Of a DNA stretch of 64,000 nucleotides, positions 10,213-22,017 are shown piece by piece (within the stretch, counting starts at the first letter, position 1; every line of letters starts with the position of its first letter). The stretch is from Diplonema japonicum (taxonomy: Eukaryota > Protista > Euglenozoa: Diplonemea): assembly GCA_964019335.1 (NCBI GenBank), contig OZ025761.1:130595-194594 (forward strand). Direction: 5' to 3'. The notes beneath the pieces were generated by a model, which did not search any database, was not told the origin of the DNA, and saw nothing but the letters and a program-made list of their open reading frames with translations. Both the position numbers and the translations under genes were made by a program.

Positions 10213-10470
10213 CCGCTTTGGCAGTCTTCGGCGGCATTTTACTTTTTTGTTGTTCGCACGAGCAAAAAAGGTTTTTTAAAAAGCTGCGAAAGTTTTTTGC
10301 TCGGCACAAGTTGCATATAGTTATAAAATCATTTTTTGAAAGATAACTATTTGTAACAAAAAAAAAAAAAAAAAAAAAAAAAACAACGTCTTGTTGTCGT
10401 CCTTCGCCCAAAGTACAAATGTGCAGAGGGAGGGTCACAAAAAAAAAAAAAAAAAAAAAAAGAAAGAAAC

Positions 10471-11412
10471 ATGGAAGGAACGAAAAAGGAAAAGCAGTCC
10501 TTGCTGCGAGCCGCGAAGCGCGACAGGCCGGAACCCTACAGCATGCTTCTATTCACCAGCTGTGTCGTGATGACCGTGTATCTATCGATGTTGGTGGTGA
10601 GCTTGACGTGCCTCTATGGTGACCCTCCAAAAGATGTTTGGGCAGGGAAACGGGGCGGGACGTGCTGGGCCCCACTACCAGGCACTGCTGCACTCGTAAC
10701 GGTAACATGGTTGCTCATGTTTTTCACAATGTGGGCCAACCCAGAGGTGAGGGCATGCGCTGTGAAACACGTTTCTGCCGAAACTTGCATCGACGAAGTG
10801 ACATCCTGGAAGGCTGCCGTACCAAAGGTAGTCATGTGGGTGAAATGTTATCACGAGGCAAAGTTCCACCGCCACGGACAGGGCCATGAAGGGAACAAGG
10901 CGTACACCCATGAAGCGATGAAAGCTGTCTTTTACGCATCCCACAAGGATGTTAGCCATGAATTCGTTCCCCCAGACCGTCCCACTATCGTGTCGTTCAA
11001 AACAGAAGTTGCGTATGAGGATGATGCAGCTAGGGTAGATATTGAAGGCCAGTACCTACGCTTTTTAAAACGAAATGAGAAGGATGTTTTTCAAGACCAA
11101 GGTGTTCAGGTGCGGCTTCACGGGTTCAAGCCTGCCATGCTGGTCATCCCGAATGTGAGCAGCTGTGTGCTGCCTAGTGCGTTTGCATTTTATGCGGTGG
11201 CTACCTTGCTTGGGATTCTGCCTGTTTGCCATCATGTTGTCATGACGAACATTGCAAAAACGGATTTCGTTCTTGTAAAAAGCCTCGCTGTTAGTCCTGT
11301 ACCCACTGCCCCTCCGAGGCGCAGCCTCCGTTCTCAAGCTCCTGCATCCCCACTTGCCAACCCTATACTTCCAATACGTGCTGAAGATAACTCAGCCTTA
11401 GATGTTTTGTGA
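10471..11412 (+). CDS. TMEM151-like transmembrane protein
   Basis: Two N-terminal TM segments, PKVVMWVKCYH...AYTHEA...YASHKDVS, RFLKRNEKD and a C-terminal TM. The pattern is recalled from the TMEM151 family. Confidence 0.65.
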   Translation: MEGTKKEKQSLLRAAKRDRPEPYSMLLFTSCVVMTVYLSMLVVSLTCLYGDPPKDVWAGKRGGTCWAPLPGTAALVTVTWLLMFFTMWANPEVRACAVKHVSAETCIDEVTSWKAAVPKVVMWVKCYHEAKFHRHGQGHEGNKAYTHEAMKAVFYASHKDVSHEFVPPDRPTIVSFKTEVAYEDDAARVDIEGQYLRFLKRNEKDVFQDQGVQVRLHGFKPAMLVIPNVSSCVLPSAFAFYAVATLLGILPVCHHVVMTNIAKTDFVLVKSLAVSPVPTAPPRRSLRSQAPASPLANPILPIRAEDNSALDVL

Positions 11413-12006
11413 TATCTTGAGCAATTCCCTCCCCCTCCCCTCTCTATTTTGTTTTTTTTTTCTCTTTTCTTTTTTCTTTCCTCCCTCTCTTTTCTACTTA
11501 TATAAAAAGTAAAACCTTCAAAAAAAAAAAAGAGATAATAAAAACAGACGACCCCCCCTTCATGTTTTGTTTTTCCCCAAGTAAAAAAAAAAGGGGGAGG
11601 GGTTGGTTTCTAGCATTTTGTTTGTGCGCACGCTATATAAACTGGGATAAATACTGCACAGTGCATTAGAAAAAGAAAATGGTAGTCCTTGCAGTGGTGG
11701 TGCCAGCCGGCATGTCAGCGAACGAGGTGTTTGAGGGCATGCTCCTCTTCTTGACAACAAGGGAGCAACATTGTAGATGATCTGATACCCTCCGTGTCAT
11801 TGGCCAGGCGATGTGGCCCTCAAGGGGCACGTGCGGAGAGAGGTCGGGTGCCTCCTGTGGCTGACTGGCAACGTGAGCAGCGGAGTTGCAAGCCGCAACC
11901 GGGAACATGCCCCGCCCGCTCCCCGTCCCCCAAAATAAGAGACCCTCAGCAGTGTTTAGCAACGCTATCACAGGAACAGCTCTTTGTCTATAAGAAAATA
12001 AAAAAA

Positions 12007-13046
12007 ATGAGCCTGACAGTGTTCATCAAGATGGGGAACAAGGAGACGCACGAGGTGGAACTAGTAAGCTATGACACTGTGAAGGACCTGTACAGGAAGG
12101 CGGGGGAGGCTGCTGGAGTAGAGGTGGGAACCTTCCTCTTGCACTTCGAAGGTGAAGAACTGGACGAGACTCTCGGTGGGAATGAGATACAGCACCTTGG
12201 GATGTGGGAGGGGTGCGAGCTCCTTCTCTGCTGCAATGTCCGCAACACGATGTGTGTCCTTTCACAGGAGCTGTCTTCAGAAGAGACAAGGAAGGCAATA
12301 GAACGGCGTTTGGAGGAGGACCCTGACCTTCTTCTTCAGGTAGATGCATCGGGTGTGAGCCGTCTTCGGCTTCACGAAGAGGACTTCCCTTTTGGCCTTC
12401 GTCACCTCCGAGTGACGGACCCTGGGCAGTGTGTGACCTCCATTGGGGATGGCTTCTTACGGACATGCGAGTCCCTTGTCACCCTTGACATCACCTCCCT
12501 TCAGGGTGTCCGGGAGGTGGGATGTGAGTACCTTAACCGTTGCAGGGCCTTGCAGGCTGTTGATCTTACCCCCTTTCGCAACATCACAAAGATTGAATAT
12601 AATTTCCTCGCTGACTGCGGATCTCTGAGGTTGATCTGGGACCCCTTCAGAACGTGACGGAGGTGGGTTGTAATTTCATGTTTAATTGCAAGTCACTGCA
12701 GACACTTGATGTGGGCCCCCTTCGAAATGTCACGGTGATCGGTGGCTGTTTCCTCAACTCCTGCAGTTCCCTCACTTCTCTAGATCTTGGCCTTCGTGAC
12801 GTAACGGCGGTGGGAGACTGGTTTCTCTGCAACTGCACCTCCCTCACATTTGTGGATCTCAGCGCGATGCGGAAGCTGCAAATGATGGGGCATGGTTTCC
12901 TCTCATACTGCTGTTCTCTGACCACCGTTGACTTCGGTACCCTGAGGGAGAGGCTGACATCTGTCGGGCTTGACTACATGGTTGGCTGCCACAAGGTACC
13001 TTATATGAAACGCAAGCGGCCAGGGACACGCTGTGCTGTGTGTTGA
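12007..13046 (+). pseudogene. UBL-LRR-CaaX protein copy 2 (frameshift near 12627)
   Basis: Paralog of 1942. A small deletion at ...tctctga|ggttgatctg splits it into two ORFs. Ends RCAVC. Confidence 0.8.
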
Positions 13047-13476
13047 GCCCCCCCCGAAAAATGACACAAAAAAGTGCTAATTTATTTCCTCCCAAAAAAT
13101 AGACTACGCATAACCCTGTAAAAATGTCTTCCTGTCGGGAGAGTACCCTACTTTTGTCTAAGGCACTTGAAACCAATCTTAGACCGTTGTAAAGAATATG
13201 CTCCCACACACGGTTTAAGTGGGACAAACTGTGTGTATTTTTGACTTATGTGGTGCTCAAGCTTAGACGACACAAAGTGCGCTATATTTTATAAGTACAT
13301 ATACAATCAATTGAAAGAAAAAGAACGCATACCAAAAGTGTTGTTAAATTACTGGAAGCCTCACAGGAGGGGCTTATTTATTGAAGTCATTACTAGTTGG
13401 CCAGGGAAGACAAGTTGTTCTGTTTGCTGAGCCTTTTTTTCCTTTCTGAGATTTCTTTCCGCACTCACAACAGGCA

Positions 13477-15186
13477 ATGAGATGCACGCCACTGCTTTGC
13501 TTCATCCTGCCGACGGATGACGCTGCAACTATCTTCGTGAAGAAGCTGATCATGATTTCAGTGCTTTCATGTATGGTTATGATTGGTTTGAGCATCATAT
13601 CAGTCGGTGGGAACACGTTCATTCAGGCAAGGAGGGTAGCAACTGTTGTGATCGCGGCGTCCGTGGGGGCGCAGCTCGTGATCGAGAAGAAGGTACGGTT
13701 TGGAGTACTCGAGGCTTTTCTATACTTTATGGGTGTCGTGTTTTGCATGGGGGACCTTGTAGTAATTGCAGCGATGGTTGGGGAAAGGAAGTGGCCTTTC
13801 TTCATACTGATGATTGATGTGTGCCTCGTGTGCAAGATGCCCACACGAGTCAGCACTATCCTCATAGCCATGCTCCTCACATGGCACCTTGTTGTTACAG
13901 CCGAGAGCTCTTTCCGCTTTGGGCTCTTCGACCTCTTCTTCCTAGCCAGCCAAGAGGACCGCTTCGAGGCTGTGGACTGCACTGAGCTCCCCTGCAAGGT
14001 ACCTGTCACTCAAGCATGTATCGGTTTCGCTTCCAAGTCCATGATCTTCCTCCTGGACTTCTATTTCACCCGTGGCTTTGCATACGACCTCCAAAAGGAG
14101 CACGACAAAATGAACAAAGTTATCACGGCGGCCGAGCAGATCTCCACCTCCCTCTCCCGCTTCGACCTCACCGCTGCTGAGTCTGTCATCAACGACGCCT
14201 CCCTCCCAGACCCCCTCTACGACTCTTTCAACCGCATCCTCTGCAACCTCCACATCTACCGTCCCTACCTTCCCCAGTCCTGTTTCCAGGGTGAAGACTT
14301 CACTGATTCCTCTGAGTGTGGAGGGGAAAAGTCGCCCAGCGACTCGGATTCCTTTGCATCTACTAAGTCATTTGACTCCTCTGTAGCGTTCTCAGAAAAC
14401 AAATTAGAATCCACGAAAGCACTCGAAGCCACGAGAGCACTCGAAAAGAAGCGATGTACCTTCACTGTGGCGAACATGCTTGGGTCACACAGCGAAGCAT
14501 CGAGGGACATCGTGGCATACCAAGTGAGGTACAAGGAGTTCATGGAGGAAGTCCTTTCCTGCTACTCCCGTGTGTCAGGTGTTGTGAGTGTTGTGGTTGG
14601 GGACCATGTGCATGTTTCCTTCAATGCTGTGAGGAGGTGTGTAAGCCATGCTGTGAGTGCGATACAGGGGACAATGGATCTGCACACTGGGGCCCATGAG
14701 AAGGGGATCGATGTGGTGACAGGGGTGGCGAGCGGGACAGCTTTCTGCGGCCCATTGGGATGTGCTGAGCTCATGTCGGTTGGAGTGATCGGACCCTCTG
14801 CTGTGGTGGCTTCTGTGGTTCAGGACTTTGCAAGGGCGCAGGGACTGAAGGTAGCCTGCAGTGGCAGTGTGTACAGCGAGGTGTCTCATGCCTTCACAAT
14901 GCGGATCGTGTTGGAAACGGTGGGGGTGGTGGGATCGAAGGCTGTTGAGCTTGGGTACGAGGTACTGGTGGAAAGCAATGACAAGGAGAAAGTCGAGGAG
15001 GAGTGGATGTACCAGCTGGAGGAGCGTCCGTGGGATTCCTACAACACAGCAGGGAAGCAGTACCTCCTTGGGAACGTTGAGGAGGCCCTTCGTGTTCTGA
15101 GGATCGAACGGGTGAGGAGTGAAGAAGTTCTGGTCGCAGAGACCGTTTTGGTGAAGATTATTGAGAGAGGCATAACATGGAACTAA
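13477..15186 (+). CDS. Multi-TM (about 6) protein with degenerate class III nucleotidyl-cyclase domain (copy 1)
   Basis: About six hydrophobic segments, then an RPYLPQS linker. The cyclase-like core reads RCTFTVANM...VVGDHVHVSFN...GVASGTAFCGPLG...VIG, followed by EEEWMYQL. Confidence 0.8.
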   Translation: MRCTPLLCFILPTDDAATIFVKKLIMISVLSCMVMIGLSIISVGGNTFIQARRVATVVIAASVGAQLVIEKKVRFGVLEAFLYFMGVVFCMGDLVVIAAMVGERKWPFFILMIDVCLVCKMPTRVSTILIAMLLTWHLVVTAESSFRFGLFDLFFLASQEDRFEAVDCTELPCKVPVTQACIGFASKSMIFLLDFYFTRGFAYDLQKEHDKMNKVITAAEQISTSLSRFDLTAAESVINDASLPDPLYDSFNRILCNLHIYRPYLPQSCFQGEDFTDSSECGGEKSPSDSDSFASTKSFDSSVAFSENKLESTKALEATRALEKKRCTFTVANMLGSHSEASRDIVAYQVRYKEFMEEVLSCYSRVSGVVSVVVGDHVHVSFNAVRRCVSHAVSAIQGTMDLHTGAHEKGIDVVTGVASGTAFCGPLGCAELMSVGVIGPSAVVASVVQDFARAQGLKVACSGSVYSEVSHAFTMRIVLETVGVVGSKAVELGYEVLVESNDKEKVEEEWMYQLEERPWDSYNTAGKQYLLGNVEEALRVLRIERVRSEEVLVAETVLVKIIERGITWN

Positions 15187-15379
15187 TCACTTTGTGGCGA
15201 TTGTCTTTGAAATGATTGGTTTCCACCAGTTATCAAATGACACCAGCCTGCTTTTGGTCTCTGGTATGACGTTATACTTCATCCGTCGACGCTTCTGGCG
15301 ACCAGGCCGTCTTTTCTCCTTTTCCTTTTTCATTTCGTTCTGTTATTTTCATTATTCTTTTCGGCAACAGACTGATACA

Positions 15380-15797
15380 GATCATCTCTGAGTACTCCTG
15401 CGGTATAGTGTCCTGCACAACACCTGAAGCATGAGATCAGAGCGCTGTTGAGGGACAAGCTAGGCGAGCTCGCGCTGGGCGTGAGATTTTTGGAGGGATC
15501 GAGACGGGCATTGACGAGGAGAGGACGAACCTCTTACACAACGAGATGGCGCGAGGAAGAAGCTTGCGCAATTGCTCCTACATCCCAGAGCCTACGGCGA
15601 CTTGTCAGGCACACGTGCCATTTGGCATTGCCCAGCCAACGCCGACCGCAAGTGGCTAGTGCAAGAACACAGGTCACCCACCCTATCCTAGAGGAACAGT
15701 TATGAACGCATTGCATCCTCAACAACTCGCTAGTTGGTTTCAACGCCTAAGCTGCTGAACCTGTCACATATTGCAGGTTCCCTTCAAAGACACCTTT
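15380..15797 (+). mobile_element. 3' fragment of a non-LTR retroelement ending in the shared hairpin
   Basis: Decayed coding-like sequence ending aacctg-tcacatattg-caggtt cccttcaaagacacc. The same motif occurs at ~296 and ~46454. Confidence 0.45.
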
Positions 15798-16035
15798 ATT
15801 ATTTTTTCAACTCTCTGTTTTCGTATGCAGTATGTATTCACCAGCTTTTTTACTTTTTCGCTTTATAGTGCACAAGCCTTCGCGTCCCGGTCCACAACCC
15901 TTTTCCTGTCTATGTCATGTTCACATCCCTGTCCCCGTCCTGTGGTACGCGTCCCGTCCCTACGCGGTACCTGTCGTTTGTAAACTTTCAAAAAAAAAAA
16001 AGAAAAAAAGAAACCACACACACACACACACACAC

Positions 16036-19000
16036 ATGGACCGTATTCTAGGAGTTCTGGGGAGGACAGCGAAGTACGTGGGTATCCAGTCCACCCTCTT
16101 AGTGGGAAGCTGGACGCCTCACAGAGAGTTCCTGGAATACCTCACGGACGGCGGCATCGACACGGATAAGCTGAAAACAAAGCTGAGCGGCCTCCTGAAA
16201 GACCAGAAGGGCATAGACCTGTACTGCAAGGACATCACATGGGAAGGGGGGACACTGTCCATCCTGCTGGGGAAGATACCTGAAGGCGACGACACCGAGA
16301 TCGAGGTGAGCGTGGCAGAGCTAACATGGCAGAGAAGCAACGAGTCGAAAGGAGGAGACACAATGGAAGAAATCGCCACCGGGTGGGCACAGAGTCTATG
16401 CTCCATCTCCTTCAACCTCACTGTGACCGTTCGTCGGGACAATCAGACGTTGCTGCACCTGACAACCCCTGGCACTACTAAAGACGACACCCTTGAGAGC
16501 ATGACTTGCGAGCTCAAAGATTTGTCCGTCTCCTGCAAGGGTGCTCCGGCCTTCTCAATCCAAAATGTGTTCTGTTCCGTCAGCAAGAACCCCACAGTCG
16601 AGGCGAATGTCATATCTGCCACGGTGTCCCCTGCGGCCGTCAACACGATCTTCGAAGTTGTCAGGATTATCTTACCCGATTCCTGCCTCAACCCTCTTCC
16701 CTTGTCCGACTCTGATGTTGTCTTGGGGCTCACTGTCGAAAAGCTCAGGGCAGACAAGATGCAAAGGTTCACCGCCACCAACGCCAAGATCACCCTCACG
16801 TCCAACGGTGAGAGCCACACCGTACTCGACTCTCCTGGTGAGCTGACCGTCGACGTGTGTAAGAAGGAGGTGACCGCCAAGGGGAAGAAGTCCAGCACGC
16901 AGTTGGTCGCAGGCATCTCTTCGAGTAGCCACGTTTCTGTTGTGCTGCCGAGTGAAATGCTGAGACGGGTGGCCATCAGCGCCACTGACGCTGTATGAAA
17001 GAAAATAAAAATTTGGGGGGGGGGGGGAAAGAGAAAACCATGCTTCGGGGGGGGGGGGTGAAAAGAAAAAAATAGAAAAATCCCTTTTTTTCCCACTACA
17101 GCTTATCGCTCAATCTTATAAGGTTCTCTCGCTGGCTGCGTGTTGCATGATGGGGGGCTGGGAGGTGAAGAAGGAAAGTATGCGTGGGTGGTTCAAAAAA
17201 AAAAAAAAAAAAAAGTCGGTTTCGATCGTGAGGAAGTCTACAACACTTACACATCCGCAGAGGATGAAGCATCCCTGTCGTCAGATGACGAGCCCGAGAC
17301 TGTTGTTCAAGTCAAGAGCTGTTTGAACTCCGCCGTGCGTGGGTCGTCACAGAACTTCCATTCATGCCTTAGCTTACAAGACTGCTCCAACGGAAGCCAG
17401 TTCCAGTCACTCAGATCATCACGGAGGGTGACCGTCATATCCCCCCGGAGCATCAAGAAACAATACCTCCCACCAAGTATTTCATTAAGCCCGGGCAGCA
17501 ACGCTCCAATCCTAGATCTATCGCTTCCCTCCGTGACCTTCACCGTTGTGTCTTCACAGGACGAAGTCACACTAAAACTCCACTCCGTATCTGTGAAATC
17601 CTTCACATACATCACCGAATTATTCTGCGAGACGTCCACCGTGGTCCTCCCTAGAAACGCAAACCACACGCTCATGAAAATTACAGAGTGCAGCTTCAAA
17701 CAGTCTGAATCGGGACATCAAGAGCTGAACATAAACAACGTCACCGCAAACCTTTCGAATCCGGGTCTAGTCTGGGCAACACGTGTCTTCTTTGAGCAGG
17801 TTCTTCAGGATCTTGCCGCGGTGGAACGTGCTGTTACACTGTACACGAAGGTCAGCAAACCGCCTCCAAAGGAGAAGAGCTTCTCGCACCGCATAAAGAA
17901 GATCAAGGTGAAAACACCGTCCAATTGCGGGCTGAGCTGGAGAATGGAAGAGTTCAAGGCTTCGATCGGCGGGCTGTGCGTCGAAAACATCACGATCAAG
18001 GACATGGAAACAAACACTGATCTGGTAAAAGCCACATACGCCGAGGCTGCCAAACTGGACGGCTACAGCGTCAGTCTCAACGAGCTGCGTGTCAAGGAAA
18101 CACTGGATTTGAAACTCCTGAAGCTGATCCCTGTTGTGAAGACGATTATAGCAGTCAATTACAAGAACGAGTTCACGCCATGTGAGACCACCACCACCAC
18201 CACTAGTAAGGAACCATCACAACCGACTCCCATCACCATCAACCTCCCGAACAACGAGATATCTGTGGAGGATCTCCGTATCGACGTCCCATCGTTCAAG
18301 GGCGAACTGACCGCTGATGGTGATATCGAATTCAAAATTGATTCGGTGTCCATGGCGGGGATGGCTGAGACTTTCTACAATGCAGTCGAGAAATCGCAGA
18401 AGTCAATAGACACATCACTGTTGCTCCCAGAGGACCACCCTAACGCCTTTCCTACTATGAGTGACACAGTCGAACCTAACGGCCCGGCCGACATCTTTAA
18501 AAAACTCATTTTCGAATGCAATGCGGTAAGCCTGCGGTTGGACAATGCAGTGGATTCGGAAACCGTGCCGGACGCGGTTCTTCTCGTTCCGAAGGTGCGT
18601 GTTGAATGGTTGGAGTCCTTTAGGGGCGAGGCGAGCATTAGTTTTCAAGACTTCAGCCTTCAAGGAGAAGGCCCCTCCGTCACAAGGAATTACGTCGGGG
18701 CGTACAGCGAAACTGAGGCAGGGTTCTACATAAACTTCACGAAGAAGAGCGGGAACAGGTGGAAGGTAGGAATTGTCACCCCTAAGATGTACGTTCATAA
18801 GGATGCCTTCTACGTCGTGAAAAAGATTCAATCTGAAGTCCTGTCAAGAATCTCAAGTGACGATGCTGTTGACGTACGGCCTGCTCCTTCTGTGCGAGGT
18901 GATGAGCTGCTTGTTTATCTCAAGTTTGATCCTATCGTTTTCTGGTACGTGCTCCTTGGGGAGCCTGATTCTACGATGCAGGTCAGCGTGCCTTTTGTGA

Positions 19001-19191
19001 TACGGATGCCCGGTGCCCTTCGCAAATTCGTACCCGTTACCGATCTGTTCTGGCCTTTGTTGGGGGCCGTGATTTACGGCCTCGCCACCACGTGGTTGAG
19101 CAATTGCGTGAAAAAAGTGATCGGCCAGGAACCGACAACGAAAAAAGAATTTTTGAAACTGGCCACCACGGTGGTCCAAGGGAAAGAATAA
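16036..19191 (+). CDS. ~1002-aa beta-rich protein in three exons (16036-16992, 17102-17177, 17216-19191); possibly VPS13/ATG2-type bridge-like lipid-transfer family
   Basis: Removing GT-AG introns 16993-17101 and 17178-17215 joins the two ORFs in frame (...ATDA|LIAQ...KKE I|GFDREE). Alternating hydrophobic beta-strand pattern throughout. The family call is weak. Confidence 0.7.
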
Positions 19192-19410
19192 AAAATGGGG
19201 GAGGAGTGAACGCCCCTCATTTCTTTTTTTGTTTTTGTTTTTTTTTTTGCTTTGAACATATTGATTTAACGAATTGTTATTAAAAAAGAGTAGTGGCACA
19301 AACAATCAACCGACTTGCTTTTTTCTCTTTTTTCTCTTTTTTTTTTTTTTTTTTCTTTTTTTTTTTTTTTATGGGGTGATCCCCTTAAGCATCGCCTTTT
19401 TTTTTTTCCA

Positions 19411-19723
19411 GGTGGTGGGGATAACATGGAAATATAAAGAAGTACATCAGATGTGTTGTTCACTGTTGACCTCCTCGTCGGTCATCACCGGTAGCGCCCA
19501 AGTGGAAGAAGCAGATGCTCTGGGTGGCGAACAGGCAGCAAACTACACGGGCTCAGAATCTTGGTTACCCGGGGCGCCCCGGCTGGGGTTGAGCTGCACA
19601 CCGCACGCATTAAGGACACGACGCGGAACGCAGAAGAAGCTACAGCTAGGCCGAGGTGCGCCCCCTGTAATCAAGTAGATGGTGCTTGTGCAGGGTGCCC
19701 CCACCGGCTTCCTTTAAATCATC

Positions 19724-19726
<3 letters not shown>
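19411..19726 (+). mobile_element. Short non-coding retroposon with 5' HDV-like ribozyme (copy 1; ribozyme 19411-19539)
   Basis: P1 ggtggtg/catcacc, P3 acc/ggt, L3 tcctcgtc, P1.1 gg, P4 cgccca/tgggtg, J4/2 gcgaa. One of five dispersed copies. Confidence 0.85.
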
Positions 19727-19758
<32 letters not shown>

Positions 19759-20599
19759 GGTGGTCCTCAAGTGGGATTTGTCCTTAAACATCGCCTTTTT
19801 TTTTTTAAAACTGGGCGAGGCTTTCCAGAAGGGGTGCATTAAAGAAACTAACAGATGTTCACTTTGCAGCCTTCACACCCACGAACAGTGCAGTGGGAGG
19901 AACACTGTGCCGCCCCTTTTCTTTCCATGTCTCTCTTCTTACAAGCCCTTGTTACATTTTTGAGGGAGCTGCCCAGCGGTAGGTGCAACGATTTGTTAAA
20001 TTTAAAAAAAAGCTTTTTTTTTTTTTTTTTTTTTTGTTCTAACCCGGGTTTTACTTGTTAGGTGAACCCCCCAACAGCGATCCCTTCTACGATGCCTTTT
20101 TTTCCCCTTCTTCTCTTTTCTTTTTCTTTTTCTTCTGAGGCTAGGGTGGCACCTATGTTCTAACCGTACTCTGTGCTCTCTTGTTATTTTTTATTATTAT
20201 TATTTTTTTTTTTAGTCGTGTCGCTTCATTCGGTTGATTGCCCCCCCCCCCCCACCCCTATTTAGTGATTTCCTTCTTTTCTAAATGTGTGATGATGATA
20301 CCTTTGATAAGCCAACATTTTCTTTTTACCAAACCAAGAAGCAGCAGTTTCCCATTTGGCCTCGGCCTCGGCAGCCATTTACGAGAAAGCGATTCTTTCC
20401 CCTAAAGGACCAGAATTGCTCACGGAGAAAACCAATGTCTCCTCTTTCCTGCCAATCTGACATGGGGGCCGGTACATAGCTATGCCAAGCCGTAAATCAA
20501 TGGAATGGGTTTGCGGGTCTGCGGTTGGTGTAGTTGCCTCTGTTACACAGGTTAACGTTCTTTTTTTTTTGCATCTCAATCTTCACAGTTTTCATAAAA

Positions 20600-21689
20600 C
20601 GATTATGTTGCTCAGGGGGCTTAGCCACCATGGCTGGGCTGCAGGGTGCGACGACTTCGACGGCAAGTGGCACGACAGTGCTTCGGATGCCCTATGACGG
20701 TGACAAGCACAGGCTGACGCAACAGGCTGACGCAACAGGCTGACGCAACAGGCTGCGTGCTGGCTTCGAAGTACGGCACTGTTCACGTGGACGGCGACGC
20801 TGTGGCACCTGTGGGCGGACTTCTGCAGGCTCTAGACATGCACGGGAAGTCCTTACCTTGGCATGGAGACGGAATGATCAGCTGGAGCAACAGGATAACG
20901 TGGACGCGGACGAAGAAGGACAGCGCGACGACAAGCCCACAGGTGCTCGACCGTCTTGGTGAACTAGAAAAAATGCGGGCTCAAAGAGCAGGTCGCCAAC
21001 TTGACCCTGCAGTTGGAGAACGTGACTGCAACGTGCTGCGGGGGAGCAGGCGGAGTCCCTAATGGCCAGCAGGACGAGATCCAGCAACTCCGAGAAGAAG
21101 TGGCAAACGGGACTGCAGGCCCCCGGTCGGGACGGCTATTGCACCATCGCACCCAACGTGACGTCTGTCTACGTCCCCGTGACACGATACGTGTACAAGA
21201 ACGCCGGGAAGGCCAACAACAGGCGCGTGGTCGGGGGGACTGCGATCCGTGCCGGTAGCTCGAGCGGGAACCCTTCGATGCAGACACACCACCATCACCG
21301 ACGATGTAACAACATGTACAATGTGCGATGTATTCCTACTTTGGGAACGAGCTGGTGTTCTGGCGTGCAAGATGAATTTGTTGAAATTCAAAGATGAGAA
21401 GGCATTCGAAGAATGTGACTTCGACCGTGCGGACCTGCTTGTTGGGAAGTTGGATTTCGATGGACTGGAATTAGCAGGGAAGAACTTCAGCTTGGAACTT
21501 AAGACAATTGGCAGTCACTACTTTGGATCAACATCCTTGGGAAAACCTGACCCCGACAGGAGGGAGCAGTGCTGGGACAGTAAGGTAACGCTCGATGCCA
21601 AAGGGATGGGGCAGAACGTGAGGCTTGAGGTGCAATTGCAGGCTGAAGGGGGCGGTGGCCGCCATGGGAAGACAGCTGATCTCTTATGA
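20600..21689 (+). pseudogene. Decayed coding region of unknown function, possibly cargo of a DNA transposon
   Basis: Consecutive GC-rich + strand ORF fragments in shifting frames, containing a 13-bp tandem repeat. The 3' flank 21792-21855 matches 635-690. Confidence 0.35.
20710..20756. repeat. 13-bp tandem repeat (caggctgacgcaa) x ~3.5
   Basis: Read directly from the sequence. Confidence 0.85.
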
Positions 21690-22017
21690 AACCAGAATGC
21701 AAACCACTAAAACCCGATTTTGACCCTAAAACTGAATTTTTCATAGGTCAAAAAAGCGATTTCTGACCGAGGTTCATGAGAATTCTTTTTTGAAAGTGTC
21801 AATTGGCCTCATTATGAGGGTTTTTTTTTTTTTTTTGAAATCGACCCATATATCTCGTTAACTATTTATGATTACCTGATTTCAAGGTAAATGTTTATGG
21901 TGCACAAGCTTACGCCCCCGCAACCTGCTCCCACGGCGCCTTCCGGAACCTCATCGAACTCCAGTCGTTCTTCTTTTTTTTCTTTTCTGAGACTTCTTTC
22001 CGCGCTCACAACAGGAA

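Larger units (their letters stand above)
7093..10416 (-). mobile_element. VIPER-like tyrosine-recombinase (DIRS-order) retrotransposon: gag-like, YR, RT/RNase H, with split direct repeats
   Basis: Three minus-strand coding blocks occur in the order ORF1-YR-RT/RH. Repeat A (7093-7127 = 10382-10416) and repeat B (7128-7245 = 10241-10360) lie in swapped order at the two ends. Confidence 0.85.

Noticed and set aside
20710-20756. Possible CRISPR-like repeat
   Set aside because: Head-to-tail 13-mers with no spacers and no cas genes, in a eukaryotic context.
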